Positions 13,609-29,099 of a stretch of 64,000 nt of DNA are shown one piece after another (the stretch's first letter is position 1; each line of letters opens with the position of its first letter). The notes under the pieces were generated by a model, which saw nothing but the letters and a program-made list of their open reading frames with translations, did no database searches and had not been told where the DNA came from. The position numbers and the translations under genes were made by a program. This DNA comes from Eledone cirrhosa (Eukaryota). Location: positions 153,946,001 through 154,010,000 of the forward strand of contig OZ024742.1 in the NCBI GenBank assembly GCA_964016885.1, in the 5' to 3' direction.

Positions 13609-13758
13609 TACATGGAACTCATTTTACCATCTTTTGATCTTATATTATGTATACTCCAGTCCTACAAACTGTAGAGTGCTTCTTATCAGATATCTGCATT
13701 GCTTTATTGTACTACAATAAAACTCACCTCCTACATTATATATATATATATATATATC

Positions 13759-13862
<104 letters not shown>

Positions 13863-14240
13863 TGTGTGTGTGTGTGTGTATACTGTATATATTATACACA
13901 CACACACACACACACATACACACATATATATATACCAATTTTTTCTTTTTTCAGACTGGTCTACCTCTGGTGGTAGGGTTCAATGTAATCTTATAAAATC
14001 CATAGAGAATTTCTGTGTTTCGCTGAATTAATTATTTAGATACAGAGTCAGACATTAGGTATTAAATTAACAATAAAATTAAAAACACAACATAAAGACA
14101 AAATTATAAAATAACTTGAATTTGTTTTTATAATTTCATTGTTTATATGATAACGCCCACTCCCATATATATATATATGTATATACTGACATGACTGAAT
14201 CTTAACCATATACTATGTCCGAGTATGTCATGCATCATAT

Positions 14241-14307
14241 TATTTTATCTGATGAGGACGTACTCCTGAACTTAACTCAGTTCCTCTGAAATATGTATAA
14301 TAAAATA
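14241..14307 (+). ncRNA. Hammerhead motif in a solo Penelope pseudo-LTR fragment (same family as 31652-31723); stem II degraded
   Basis: TATTTTAT-CTGATGA-ggacgtac...cctct-GAAA-TATGTA-TA-ATAAAATA; flanks resemble 31600-31770. Confidence 0.6.
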
Positions 14308-14347
14308 TACTTGATCACAAGAATATCTATTTTGTTAATATTTTGAA

Positions 14348-14386
<39 letters not shown>

Positions 14387-14397
14387 GCGCATTTTGA

Positions 14398-14545
14398 CAA
14401 GAAGCTTCCTTCCTAACCACATATCTCTGGTTTCGATCCACTACCAGGGCCGACCAAAGCCCTGTGAGTGGATTTGATGGACTGAAACTAAAAGAAGGCC
14501 GTCTTATATATCAGTATATGTCTGTGTGTGTCTGTGCGTGTGTCC
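14398..14545 (+). mobile_element. Second SINE family (internally deleted copy)
   Basis: AAGAAGCTT..CCTAACCAC...GGGCCGACCAAAGCC.TGTGAGTGGATTTG...GAAACT.AAAGAAG ending in a (TG)n tail; resembles octopus SINEs from recall. Confidence 0.55.
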
Positions 14546-14559
14546 CTCGCATAAGGTGG

Positions 14560-16218
14560 AGGTCGTCGAGGATGGATCTGGACCGGATAGCACATGTCTG
14601 CGCATCTCCCACCAGATTGCCCGTGACAAGCGCCAACCTCTTTGCTAACACCTTGGCCAAAATCTTTAACTCTGCATTTAGCAGAGTTATGGGCCTGAAA
14701 TTACTTATTTTGTCACCCTTGTTCCTCGTTCTTTCTCACTAGCGAGACTACGCCCTTGGTCACATAACTGGGAATTCTCCCGTTCTATTGCCAGTTGCAG
14801 TAGGCCGCCTTGACAAGATCGGGGAACAAGTCCGGCATAGCTAGATATATTTCGTATGGAAGACCATCGAGACCCGGGGATATGCGTTTGTTGCATCGGC
14901 TCAGCACGTCCCCTATTTCAGCAGCTGAAATCGGCCCCTCGCAGGACTTCGCCTCCTTGGCCGAAAGAGGCGGCAGGCCGCCGAGGTATGGCCCTAATTC
15001 CACATACCCATCCGGCCCCCCGCCCCTCCCCAACAATCGGGCAATGTGCCTTTGAAAGGCCTCACATATCTGCTTAGGTTCAAGAATCACCCGTCTATCC
15101 TGGTCTCGCGAAGTCGGGATAGTGGATCTAATCCCTCTTTTGGCTTCTGTTACGCGGGCCCTGCTAACAACTTTGGTCCCATCTTTCCTAGAGCACGTAT
15201 TTGGCTTCGGACAACGAGGTCTTCGTGCTTCGCGTCAAAGAACTGGCCCAAGGTCGTTCTCGACGCTAGCACTCTGGCCATGTAGCCGCTTTTAGATGCC
15301 TCTTCTACACTATCTACCAACTCCCTTTCCTTCCTATTTCTATCTGAGGCTAACTCCTTACTAAATCCTATTGAAACTACTCTAATCTCTCTTTTGAGAG
15401 ATCCCCACCACCTGCTGTTAACGATAGCTCCCGTCAACTGCTCCTTAACTAAAATACTAATCCGGTCGCTGTACACTTTACTTGTCGTTAAAGACAAATT
15501 CAGTTTCAGTAACCGGGTCTATGGGTTCTATCAAGGTTGACGATGTAGGTCACTAATTTGTGATCCGAATAGCCAACCATGAGCATCTCTGGACAGCTTA
15601 AAACGTCCCTATCTTTATGTCTAACTAGGACCCTATCTAGGTACGACCTAGATGATCTGCTGCGGTTTTCCCAAGTCCAGGAGGGCGCAGTCGGAAAATC
15701 TATTCGATATCTATCGGCCAGGTCAAATCGGCCGATTAACTGTTTGAGGCTGTTACACCCCTCTCTATCGGGACATGCCCCTACATAGTCCCAACATGCA
15801 TCTAGGATACCATTCCAGTCCCCCACTAAAAGCAAGGAGCGCGACGTCCCCAGAAATGTCTCCAGGCGTTGGAAGATGTCCGGCCGCGCTGACACAAAAG
15901 CGGCTTGGCGGCGACCCACCTAAAGGCCCGCCTTTACCACTGCCAACGTCTAAAACCACCAGTCGACCCTCCGGGTCCAGGTGTACCGTCTGTGCGGCGA
16001 AACCCAGATAATTTTGCAGCAGAACGATAACCCCACCTCCGGGCTGACAGAGAGATGCGTGCATCTCGAAGTCGTCTAAGGTGGGGGCTAGCTGGCGCAC
16101 GCTGCTGATCCTGGCCTCGCAAATGACCATCACATTATACAGCGTGACCTGAGGTCATATATAAGTTTTGTTTGCTTCCAATATGAGCCCAGGTCACGCG
16201 CATTTAGACTTACCACTC
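14560..16218 (-). pseudogene. ORF2 (APE endonuclease and N-terminal RT) of the L1/Tx1 element, frameshifted
   Basis: ORFs 15765-16133, 15506-15919, 15150-15497, 14785-15090. Confidence 0.85.
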
Positions 16219-16439
16219 TCAATACAGCCATGTTGGTGGTAAAGAGAAAAAGGAGGCACCTACCTCTCTGCATCCAGAGGACCAGGCCGCACAATTTCCA
16301 TGGGGGGTGGGGGAGGTGTTGTTGGGTGAGGTGGTGGTTTGTGTGGGGACATCATATTGTGTTTGGGTTGGGGTGTTTGGTGAGGTGTGGGTGTTTGGGG
16401 TGGGAGTGGGGACATTTTCCAAGAGGACTCGATTCATTG

Positions 16440-18224
16440 GTTTTACACAGGGTGGCCCTCGTCCTCAGGAAAATTGTCTTTTAGCTCTATATAAATGTCT
16501 ATCGGAGTTTTAATCGTTTTTAAAGAGAGTTTCTTTCTGTTCCTCGTGAAATTTGGCCCTTCGGTTTGAACCGAAGGGTTTTGTTCAATGTTGTTTACAA
16601 GTTTTATATGTTTTGTGTTGAAGTATGTGTATAGCTGTGACTGTGTAATTTTTGTTGGTTTTGGTTCTGTATTTTTTTGTGTTCTGTCTCGAGGAGGGGT
16701 TATTTGTCTTTGTGTGTGTGCGGTATGTTTTCTTTTTATTCGCTTGATTTTTTGGAAGGGTTCCACCTCGTCTTATGACGTTAAGGGATCCTCTTCCATG
16801 TTGGAGGGGAGGGGTATATTTTGGGGTTTTGTTATGTATGTTGTTTGAGTTGTTTTAGGTGGGGAGGGTTTGGGTGGGACCGTGTTCAGTTTTTTGTTGA
16901 CTTGTTGTGTTTGTTGTTGTTGTTGTGGTGGTGGTGGTGACTGTGATTTTGTTTGTAGAATTGTTTTGGGTGTGGTGGGGTTGGGTGGGTCCGTGTTCAG
17001 TTTTTTGTTGACTTGTTGTGTTTGTTGTAGTTGTTGTGGTGGTGGTGGTGTTGTTGATGTTGTCGTGGTGGTGTTGTTGTTTTTGGAGGTGTTGGCAGTA
17101 AAGGTGTTTTAGTTTGTTGAGGACAGGCTGCTCTCAGGTGACCTCTGTCTCTACAGAGGTAGCAAGCGGGCCGCCTACCCTCAACTGCAATGTTCATAAA
17201 TTGGGAGTCATCCAGGGACACTCTTTGGGGTATCTTTGCGATACGTTCTGGTTTCATTCGAACCAGAACCTGTATGCCTATACCACCAAAGTGGCCCCTG
17301 GTGGCTTTGACTATATCAAGGAGTTCATCTTCTTCGTCCAGTATCCCTCCTAGTATGCACCACATATTTGTATTTGGGTGTATACCGGAGATTGTTATTT
17401 TTTTAGTTTTCTTCCCTATGTAGGTGGGGAAGAAAGTGTACTGTTTGGACACAATTGTCGAGACCGAGTATTTTTGGGCCACCAATTGGTCCTTCATCAA
17501 AATTATCAGACTCCCATAAAACTTCCCTATCTCAATAAAAACCATGTCCTTCAACGCGTCTTTTAACACCAGCTCAATTTCACTATGCGATAATTGAGCT
17601 TGTTTTTTCAACTCATTTGATATAGTTTAAAAATTAATTGTCCTTAGGACCGTGTCACTTTTAATATTCTTAGGGGAGATTATGGTGAATTCGCCGTGTT
17701 CACCAAAGCTCACCTGTTTTCTCCCCTCTTTTAGCAATTCCACTGCATTACTGATGTCAACTGGGGTGAAAGTGTCGGTCTCCTTAACGACCTCGGCAAA
17801 GGATATTCGTGTAGTGGTGTCTTTTTTTTTGTCTTTCGTTGCTGTTGTTCTTGTTCTCTTGGGTGTTTGCGTTTTCGTTGTCGTTGTTTGCGATACAGTT
17901 TTTTGGGTTTTCACCCATTTTTTCCCCGTGTCTTCAGTTCACATTTATGTTGTTTTCTTTGACATTGTTGCTGTTGTTTTTGCTTTTGTGTGTGTTTGTG
18001 TTATTTTCTTTGTTATTTGTGTTGGTGTTGTTGGTGTCAGTGTAATTTATACATTCTTTCAATTTACTGTTTCCATTGTTTGGGTTATTAACCAAGTTTT
18101 TAGAATTGTTCGCCAAATCCACTTCCATACTCACATGCGAAAGCGAGTGAAGGGAAGCTTCAGTAGGTTGAGTTACTTGTTCCTCTTTATCACTTTCCCG
18201 GTGGGGGGGCAGTTGTGTTTTCAT
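16440..18224 (-). pseudogene. ORF1 (CCHC zinc-knuckle nucleic-acid-binding protein) of the L1/Tx1 element, frameshifted
   Basis: ORFs 17934-18224, 17627-17914, 16997-17611, 16443-16766; CX2CX4HX4C motif; Pro/Thr/Gln-rich tail with a ~110-bp tandem duplication. Confidence 0.75.
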
Positions 18225-20282
18225 GTATGGTGTCCATTATTGTAAGCTGGTACACACATTTTTTTCAAAGTAGTTTTTACCCCCAAAAAGGGGTAAAAAT
18301 AAAATAACCACCCGTCTGCAAGTCCAGGCGGGAGGTTAGGTCACACAAATAAAACAAATAAAACACAAACTCACAGTCGAAAACGTAATACAAATCAAAA
18401 AGGCTGCAGCCGATGTAACACACGTCTGCTCTCAGCGATAGATAGATAGGCGTGGCTTTTGACCTGGCAACAAAACTGGAGACAAAATTATTTATGTACC
18501 AAAACCAAATCACACACACACACAAAATGTGTGTGTATATATGTGTGTGTGCGTGCGTGCGCTTTTATGTGTGTATGTGTGTATGTGTGTATGTGTGTGT
18601 GTATCTATCTATATATATATAAGGGATAAAGATATTGCTTTCTCACTGTCACCAAGGTTGCTACTAAGTATTTTATTTTGCTACGAGGTATTTTATTTTG
18701 CAAGGTACTATTTTTCCCCTGCGTTTGTGATTTCAGAGAAAGGTAAGAAATTCTCCATATTTTGCATTTTTTGTATTTTGACTTTACAGTTTGAATTGTA
18801 GAATTGTCCATCCACTCAACATATTACAACAGCTAACAGTGAAATACAGAATTTATAAAAAAAGATTTTTAGACTGAGATCAAATTTTTGAGATCATTCA
18901 CGTCTATTTTTCAAAAATATTTAATTTGAAATAACTTGCTTTTGTTTTGGACAGAAACTTTTCTGTATATAATTCGTACGAGTATTTTTTAAATATTTTT
19001 TTAAAGATTCTAACATAACTCGATTTGCCCCAGTAATCTACTTGCTATCAAAATCAGTATTATATTGAAAAATGGAAAATAGGGTAGGGAGGCGTTTCGT
19101 GATTTCGAGGGGTATAAGGGGGGTTTGGCCGAAATGGTTTGAGAACCTTTCTCCTAGATGTGGAAACACGGAAATTGCCATTACTGCCACATGTATATTA
19201 AGTGACATTTCAACTTTGAATAGCTAGAATGAACACTTTTCATTCAGTACCCAATTCAAGTTCCAAATCATGGATTTTGTTCGGTCATGAATTAATATGT
19301 TTAAAAAAACAACATACTCAACCTCATATCGACAAATGTTTCAACAGATATAATGCAAACAATAGATGATGTTAACATATCTGCATCCATTCATTAGTTA
19401 CCATTTCTTTCCAATAAACCCATTCCCTTGAAAGCATCTCAATATCACAGTAAGGGAAGCTAGTTTAATATAATTTGAGTAGAGAGAGGAAAACATACTC
19501 AAAGTTGTACTTTACTAATTATCCTCTGTAAAAACAAGATATATTACTCCACTCAAATGTTACTTCGTATTTCTTTTCGTTGAGGCATTCCTTGATTTCG
19601 TCTACTACATCAGAAATATATTTTCTTTTCATCTTTCCCTCGGCTCATTTTTCCTTTGACATTATTTGGCTACCGGAGAGGTTACACGATTATGTATGTG
19701 AGACTGTATTTACCATATTTATCATCTATTGCCCCTTAAAACTTCTCATTTGTGTTCCAACTATATTTCCCCAATTAGATTTCGTCATGTTTGACTGCTG
19801 CTTAAAAATTTGTGTTTGCCGTGAGAGGGACATTTGGATGAAGTTTTACATGCGACATCGTTTTGTTTTTCGATCCTGGTAATTATGAAACGTGTAATCC
19901 CTACACGTTGCCATGGTTTATGTAGACAAATAAGAGGAAGTATTAGCACTTCTCAAATAATTCTTTTTTTTTTTGGCCCTCTATGGGGGTAATTCGAATA
20001 TTAAAATATTCAAATATTCAAACGCTACTTGTATGCAATCATACACAGCGTTCTTTCATGCGTTTCAGACGTTTTGAAAGCATCGAAAAAAATATGAAAA
20101 ATGCATGCGTACGAGATATTCAAAATCAATAATAATAATGATAATAATAAAAAGAAAAACAACAACAATCAGACATGCATATGAAAATTGATCATATGGA
20201 AAATGAAGATAAAAAAAGAAAGAAACAGCGCTGAGAATTCGTTGAATATCATAGATGCAGAAGTGATTTTGGTCGAGTTAAT

Positions 20283-20600
20283 TCATACGTCATGTCCAGA
20301 CTTTTGGGACTGTCTGAGCAGCGTGAATCTATAATCTTGTTCATCCTCCGATAACAGTAAAGGCCGAGCAGTTTCCAGAAAGGCTTCCAGATGTATGAAG
20401 AAATCCGGTTGCCCTGTTCTAGTCTGGCAATATTTGACGACTAGTCTTAAAGCGCTATTGCATAGATTCTGAACTAGCAACTTACAATCAGATCCAGGAA
20501 GATCGTCCTTACCTCGAGGTTTATGCCATTCCTAAACAGAACTTGCAAACCACCTCCAATTCCAAGCCGACTTAAACATGCTTACATCTCAATGTTGTCA
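20283..20600 (-). pseudogene. Old L1/Tx1 APE fragment
   Basis: FFIHLEAFLETARPLLL parallels IFQRLETFLGTSRSLLL in the 15.5-15.9 kb ORF. Confidence 0.55.
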
Positions 20601-20604
20601 AAAT

Positions 20605-21084
20605 ATGATAGGCTGGGGAAATATATCCACTGGATAATATGCAAACAATACTATGCATAACATGGAGAAAACTAGTATGAACAGAAACCATAAACATTAA
20701 CTGAAATTAAAGGAACAACAATCCCTAGGGACTTTGCCATTTACACAAATCGCACTATTAACGCAAACTGCTTTGATATTATTATTAAGGATTTAAAAAA
20801 AAAACAAGACCTGCTTTCTCATTGACCGGACTGTGCCGCCTGATGGAAAACTGTCAGCAAGAGAGTATGAGAAGCTTGTAATATATAAAATCTAGAAATT
20901 GAGGTAGACAGAATTTGGCACCTTAAAACATATTATTCAGGTAGTGATAGGAGCACTAGGTTTCATAAATAAAAATGTTCAAAAGTTTCTAGAAAATATA
21001 CCTGGCAAACCTAGCATCTATGAAATTCAAAAGATAGTTCTACCAAGTACCTACCACATGCTTGTACAATTTTTGACTTCGTAA
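20605..21084 (+). pseudogene. R4/Dong-like non-LTR retrotransposon 3' fragment (restriction-like endonuclease)
   Basis: Hand translation: YIHWIICK, DFAIYTNRTINAN.FDIIIKD, FLID.TVP, EYEKL..Y, LEIEVDRIWHLK, VVIGALG, IYEIQKIVL. Confidence 0.72.
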
Positions 21085-21439
21085 TATATGTCAACACACA
21101 ATATTTTCTATTTAAATGTTATAGTAAATTGATATTTAATAACATTGAAATATCCTTAATTCAAAATTGATTAATATATGTTTTGCTCTTTAATACTTCT
21201 TTTTATCTCCTCATACACCTACTATTTTATGGTTTTTCTTTCTTTATATTTAAAACTTATTTAACTACCAACTTTTGTGATATGATTTGTTACGTGAATG
21301 TGAGGACGGAACAAATCAAAAAGCTATCGAAAACTGTCAAATCCAACGTTGCTTGGCTTTAGTACCTGGTTGATACTCTTTAGTCATTATACATAACGCC
21401 AAATCCAAAGAAAATATAATAATAATATAAGGGCTTCTG

Positions 21440-21618
21440 ATTTAGCCAGAATGCCAACCATTTGGGGGAGATGGGACAGTCAATTAGTGGTATTTTATTA
21501 TATCCACCTCCTAAGGATGAAAGGAAAATCTAACCTTTTCGGCATGTGAACTCAGAAAGTAAAGGGACGTAACTGTATGCAACGAAGCATGGTGTCCGAG
21601 GCTATACCGATGATGCGA
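21440..21618 (-). mobile_element. Diverged SINE related to family A
   Basis: AAGGATGAAAGG...GAACTCAGA..GTAAAGGGACGTAACT...AGCATGGTGTCCGA...TACCGAT matches the reverse complement of family A. Confidence 0.6.
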
Positions 21619-21624
21619 AAACAA

Positions 21625-22540
21625 TAACAATTGGATGATGTAGGCAGTAAAAGATCATGAAGCTAGCAAAAAGCTTTAATCTAATCCGTGATAAACGAAA
21701 TCACCAATTATATGCACGAAACTCCTCTACCAACAACAGTGCCAGAAATGGGTACAAAAACAAAAGCAAAGAAAGCAACTCGCGAGCAGATGAATGACAA
21801 ATGGAAAAATAAGCCATTACATGGCCAGTACGTCTCTCGAATAAGGCACGCTAATGTAAACAAATCTCAAACCACATTAGTGGCTGTGAAGATCAGGACT
21901 GAAAGCCGAAACAGGTTTCATACTCGCTGCACAGGACCAATGCTTTGCCACAAAAAATTATCACGAAAACATATTGGTAAAAGTAAAATAAACAAAAAAT
22001 GCCGGTTCTGTGACAGAAATGCTGAAATATTGGATCAACTAATATCTCCTTTTACTACTTTATTTACGGATGAATACAAAACCCGACAGGTCAGCGTGGT
22101 GCATTATATCCACTAGAAACTATATAAGATCTACGTAAAGATTTAACAAAAATCTGGTATCAACATCATCCAATGTAATAATACTGTGGAGTTTTACAAT
22201 AGACACTCATAGGGAAATCAAATAGAACATACCTCATATTATAATACAAGATAAAAACAACAAAATGTGCTTCATGATAGACATGTCAGTACCTGCTGAT
22301 TGCAATGTGTCTTTTAAGATATGCAAACATCTCAATGTACAAGGATCTTGAAATACAGATTGAAAAATGTGGGGTATCAAAGCCGCCACTATTACAGTTG
22401 TAGTTGGAGTACTGGACCGTTTAAACAAGGAAACTGACAAACTCTTCAATTACATGCGAGGTAAACCTTGTACAAAAATTTTTTTTAAATCGTACTTACT
22501 AGTACTGCGCACAGTTTACGAAGAGCATTGCCAATCTAAA
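21625..22540 (+). pseudogene. Second R4/Dong-like 3' fragment (zinc knuckle and RLE region)
   Basis: WKNKPLHGQY, GFILAAQDQ, KCRFC...E..DQLIS, VHYIH, CFMIDMSVPAD, MWGIKAATITVVVGVL. Confidence 0.78.
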
Positions 22541-23139
22541 TTGGGTGGGGGAAACCACATTGTGCACATGAACAAAAGGGTGTACTTTATCCATTATATA
22601 TTTTCTAACAATCAATTATCTATGGAGGTGAAAAAGTGTCATAAAAATATATCATCCACCATAGGCCCTTGGTTTAGGGCGGGTGTGATGTATGTAAATA
22701 CAGAGATATTATCCAAGGAAAACAAAATGATAATAATAACAATAATAATAATTTGATGATGTTGAGGAAGATGAAGCGAAGCTGGAAAAAAAACGAAGGC
22801 ATAGAAAAGGACGTTGATGATGATTATGAATATCATGTAGAGGTCGATGATGATTACTAAAGTAACGACGATGTTGATTATAGTGATGGGTAAAATCCTA
22901 CTTTTTTTATACGGCTCTTGATTTCAACGAAATCATTGTTCCAATAATTTAGAAGTTTCTATTCGAAATTCAATTTCCTGTTTATTTGGGGAGACTTATT
23001 TGAATCAATGTTTAACAGGAAATGTGAGTGAGTCGCCCATCCTTTTATAAGCTCTGAGTAGAATATTGTTCAGATGAAGATGAATGAAAAAACTAAGAAA
23101 AAACACGGAAGAATCAACACATGAAAAAATATATGTATG

Positions 23140-23260
<121 letters not shown>

Positions 23261-23398
23261 GGAAAAATCAAGACTAAATTTAGAAGAACAGTAGAAAGAA
23301 GACTTAAGAAGGGAGGAGGGTTTTAGAAATAGATTGTGGAGAAAGGTAGAATACGGTAATAAGAAATCTGATGGTTGTGGCGACCTTGGTGACGGTGG

Positions 23399-23503
23399 AG
23401 AAGAGGAAGAAGAAGAAGAAGAAGAAGAAGAAGAAGAAGAAGAAGAAGAAGAAGAAGAAGAAGAAGAAGAAGAAGAAGAAGAAGAAGAAGAAGAAGAAGA
23501 AGA
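23399..23503 (+). repeat. (GAA)n microsatellite
   Basis: Direct reading. Confidence 0.97.
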
Positions 23504-24179
23504 ATATGGTGATGTATGGGTGGATGTCGTAGATTAGGTTGGAGACTAAGGAGACAGGAAAAAGGATAATGAAAAACAAAAACTGTTATACTGATTGATT
23601 AAATATATATAATGCAGTGAGCAGAAGACAATTATCAATATTATGAACATGAAAAACCACAACAACAGTATGAAAGAGAAAAATGCAAATATAAAAAAAT
23701 TATCAATGAAAATAAATATTAAAAAAAGATGAAAACCTAAACTACGACACAAAAGAAAATTAATAAAAGAAATAATTTATTGGTAATAGAAAAGAAAATA
23801 TGTAATATATAATATTTGTCTGTTTGATATTATTTATCCTTATTGTTTATTTTTATTTTATTTCACATTCTTGAATAATACAGGCAAATAACGGATATAA
23901 TAAAAGATATATCTTAGAATGACTTTTCCACTGACGTTTGCTCCTTGTCATAATTTCCTGGTATATAATTATAATCGATACCGAAACAAAAAGACAGCCA
24001 AAACAAAAGGCAAGCGAATGAAAAACATGAAGTCACAGGTGTCCTTCTTGCATGATATAAGAGAATCGGATTAATAGATGTGCCGTAGATGTTGTTATGA
24101 TGTAGTGGCTCTTAAAGTTCTGCTTCCACTTGCAATACATTGGTTTTTATGAAAAAAGTGAAAATAAATCAATTTTTCA

Positions 24180-25370
<1,191 letters not shown>

Positions 25371-25411
25371 CGATATTAACAAATGGAAACTATATTTATA
25401 AAACCATATTT

Positions 25412-25474
25412 ATTTCATTATACATATTTCAAGGACACCAAGTTAAATTATGGTGTGCTTTCATCAGATAGAAT
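25412..25474 (-). ncRNA. Minimal hammerhead motif in a ~300-bp repeat (25368-25672), same family as 60265-60745
   Basis: ATTCTAT-CTGATGA-AAGCACACCA-loop-TGGTGTCCTT-GAAA-TATGTA-TA-ATGAAAT. Confidence 0.68.
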
Positions 25475-26312
25475 ATAATATAGATCAGTTTTATAAATAA
25501 ATATGGACATACCCTTAAACAATGCAACCATAACTGATGGAAGCTCCCGGATAGTCTATCCGGGAGCTTCCACAGTAATGGTTGTATTTTTACTCCAAAT
25601 ATTTGTTAAGTGATTTATATCAGTTATAAAACTATTTCCTTGTTGTATCCCAACAATTTAAATCAAACTGTTATATATATATATACAATTTTAAATATAA
25701 CTTTCCATATATATATATATATATATATTAATAAGGTAATGAAATCTTTTACAATGGAATCAGCTCGAATGAGGAAAAATATCCCCTGAGCAGCGTATAA
25801 ATTAATATGTATGTGATGAAACACAGATACCAACACATCTGTATATATATTGCAAAAGAAAAATTTAGCCAGATTGAACTATACTAATTATTATACTACA
25901 GTTTGTCCATATCGATTTAAAATAATAAATCAACGGAGACGAACTGTATTGCCAAAAGGCCGTGATGTTTAGACACATTTAAATTTCAAAATCAAACCTG
26001 TTCCGTAGATAAGTTTAGACTTTAAGATCCAAATATGTTTCGAGTTAAATAAGTGTAGGAATATCATGTCCCGCTCTCCTCAGTAAACATCCAGAGACAA
26101 ATTGATATGCTTCACTTCTAAATAATTTAAAAGACTGCGTGACGCACATGGCTTTACAGTATCTAACTAGTCTCATAACCGTACTGCTAGAAATAACAAA
26201 TATGAATACAAATACAAATACAAATACAAATATATATATATATATATACATATATACATATATATATATATATAATGAATGAATAATAACAGGTAGACAT
26301 CATAATCCTATA

Positions 26313-26344
<32 letters not shown>

Positions 26345-26555
26345 CGCATCCATGTCCTGCGTCTCCAACAGACCAGTATCTGTCCTTAGGGCATCAACAT
26401 ACATTTACCTTGGCCTTCCTCTTCCAGTGTGGCCATGTAGAGGCTCCCACAGGAGCACTGAGTGCAATGTCAACTCTGGATGTCGGTGAGCATGTCCAGC
26501 TAACCTCAGTCTCCTCTGTGTTACTTTTGAGCTAACATGGCTGCGATAATTAGGG
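26345..26555 (-). pseudogene. RTE-like LINE 3' fragment
   Basis: Hand translation: TQRRLRLAGHAHRHPE...VLLWEPLHGHTGRGRPR*MYVDAL..DTGL. Confidence 0.75.
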
Positions 26556-26666
26556 ACATAGACCGCTGGAGCGAACTCGTCCATGGATCTCGGGAATTAT
26601 ACCCGCCCTAGATATATATATATATATATACACATATATAAATATATATATATATACACATATATA

Positions 26667-27031
<365 letters not shown>

Positions 27032-27136
27032 ATATATATATATACACCCTCTATCTCTATGTGTATGTATGTGTATACATATATATATTTATATATATAT
27101 ATATATACAACCTCTATCTCTATGTGTATGTATGTG

Positions 27137-27176
<40 letters not shown>

Positions 27177-27832
27177 CACACTCTACGTGTATGTGTATGT
27201 ATATATATATAATTAATAGAGCTTAAGTAAGTTTTTCATCATTTCCCTTTCATGTAGAAACATGAGTAAGACAAATAGAACATGTATATACAAATATATA
27301 TATAATATATATATATGTAATATATTGTGTATATAAAATATATATATATAATATATTGTGTATATAAAATATTTTAAGTATATAGAGTATATTAAGTATA
27401 TATAATATAGTTTTATATGATATAAGAATATACAACAACATCTGTATACACGTAGATATACAGAGAGGGGGAGAGAGGGAGAGTGATAGAGAGAGAGAGA
27501 CGGAAATAAGAGAATGAGTGGGTGGAGAGAGAGAGAGTGAGAGAGAGAAACAATGAGTAAGAGAGAGAGGAGAATGTGAGAGGTAGAGAGAGAGAGAGAC
27601 ATACATATATAGGTAGACAGAGAGACATAGATAGAGGTAGACAGAAAGGTAAAGAGAGACTGAGAGGGCGAAGAGAGATGTAGAGAGGGAGAGATAGAGA
27701 GAGAGCTACACAACTAAAATTCGCCTGTCTTATTACCTTAATAAACAAGGTGTTGCATATTTTGTGATAAAAACAAAAACATAACAACATAGATTTAAAT
27801 ATGAAATTATAAATGTCAAAACCTAACGTTAA

Positions 27833-27909
<77 letters not shown>

Positions 27910-27910
27910 T

Positions 27911-27952
<42 letters not shown>

Positions 27953-28310
27953 GGGTAGTGGTGGTAGTAGTAGTAATAGTAGTAGTAGTAGTAGTGGTAG
28001 TAGTAGTATTAATGGTAGTAGTAGCAGTAGTAGTAGTGGTGGTGTTAGTAGTGATAGCAATAGTAGTAGTAGTAGTAGTGGTGGTGGAACTAGTAGTAGT
28101 GGTGGTGGTACTAGTAGTAGTAGAAGTATTGATGGTACTAGTAGTAGTACTAGTAGTATAGTACTAGTAGTAGTACTAGTAATATAGTAGTAGTAGTAGA
28201 GTAGTAGTAGTAGTAGTGGTGCTGGTAGTAGTAGTGATGGTAGTAGTAGTGGTGGTGGTGGTGGAAGTAGTAACAGTAATAGTAGTATTATTAGTAGTGG
28301 TTGTAGTAGA
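27833..28310 (+). repeat. (TAG)n/(TGG)n degenerate trinucleotide repeat
   Basis: Direct reading; explains poly-S, poly-V and poly-L ORFs. Confidence 0.95.
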
Positions 28311-28383
28311 TTTATTATAAACAATCCAATTTCTAAATACTACGCAATACAGCACTATATATGTATATGTATATGTGTGTGTG

Positions 28384-28420
<37 letters not shown>

Positions 28421-28573
28421 GTGTTAAACAATATTCAATGCGTATGTCAAAGAATGAGCTTTACAGTAGATTAATATTTTATTAATAAATAAAGACATTC
28501 AACGTAATCAAAATATATGTTATTATACATATTTCGGAGGTACTGTGCTGTTTTTTCAGTATGTCCTCATGAG

Positions 28574-28760
28574 ATAATTGTTTCTAGTTTTTGGCACAAG
28601 GCCAGCAATTATCCCAGTGTATTACTGGTACTTTATTTTATCGACCCCGTAAGGATGAAAGGCAAAGTTAACCTCGGCGGGAATTGAACTCAGATCGTAA
28701 AGGGACGTAACTATGCTGGAAAGCATAATCCAACCCTCTACCGATACTGCCAATTCACCG
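28574..28760 (-). mobile_element. SINE family A inserted into the left pseudo-LTR
   Basis: Reverse complement of family A; interrupts homology with 31600-31720. Confidence 0.88.
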
Positions 28761-29099
28761 TATATATAAATTGATGTATGACATACCTCAAATGTGCTGA
28801 TTGTTCAATTCCAGTCTTGGCAGTCATTAATTACAACAAAACTCAATATTTATAGACCATAAGATCTAACATGAGAAACTAAATATAATGGAGAGGGTGA
28901 GTAGGAGAGAGTGTTGAAAAAAATAAATAAATCCATAATAAAATAAATAACTTCATGAATACCTAAATATTTAAATAATGATTTTTGGACTCGTTCGGAT
29001 AGGCAGAAGAATTTCGACATTACCAAGGAATCGTCCGACTCTGCGCAAGTTCCCGATCTTCTGGGAATTTTTATCCTTAATATGATAAATAGAAAACTG

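Larger units (their letters stand above)
11484..13738. mobile_element. Non-coding element with long inverted arms and internal ~227-bp tandem repeats, between (TA)n tracts; Penelope-like pseudo-LTR architecture
   Basis: 11484-~12020 is the reverse complement of ~13118-13646; three direct ~225-bp units at ~11690-12360; one hammerhead motif in each arm. Confidence 0.75.
14548..18490 (-). mobile_element. L1/Tx1-type LINE: 5' UTR, ORF1, APE and start of RT; truncated within RT
   Basis: ORF1 zinc knuckle CYLCRDRGHLRAAC; ORF2 motifs SLNAR, LVGDWN, SYLDRVLV, YSDHK, SPGLDGLPYEIY and RPITLLNAELKILAK. Confidence 0.88.

Noticed and set aside
27413-28324. 303-aa Leu-rich ORF and the many YIYI, SLSL, ERER and poly-E/F ORFs across the window
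   Set aside because: Translations of microsatellites
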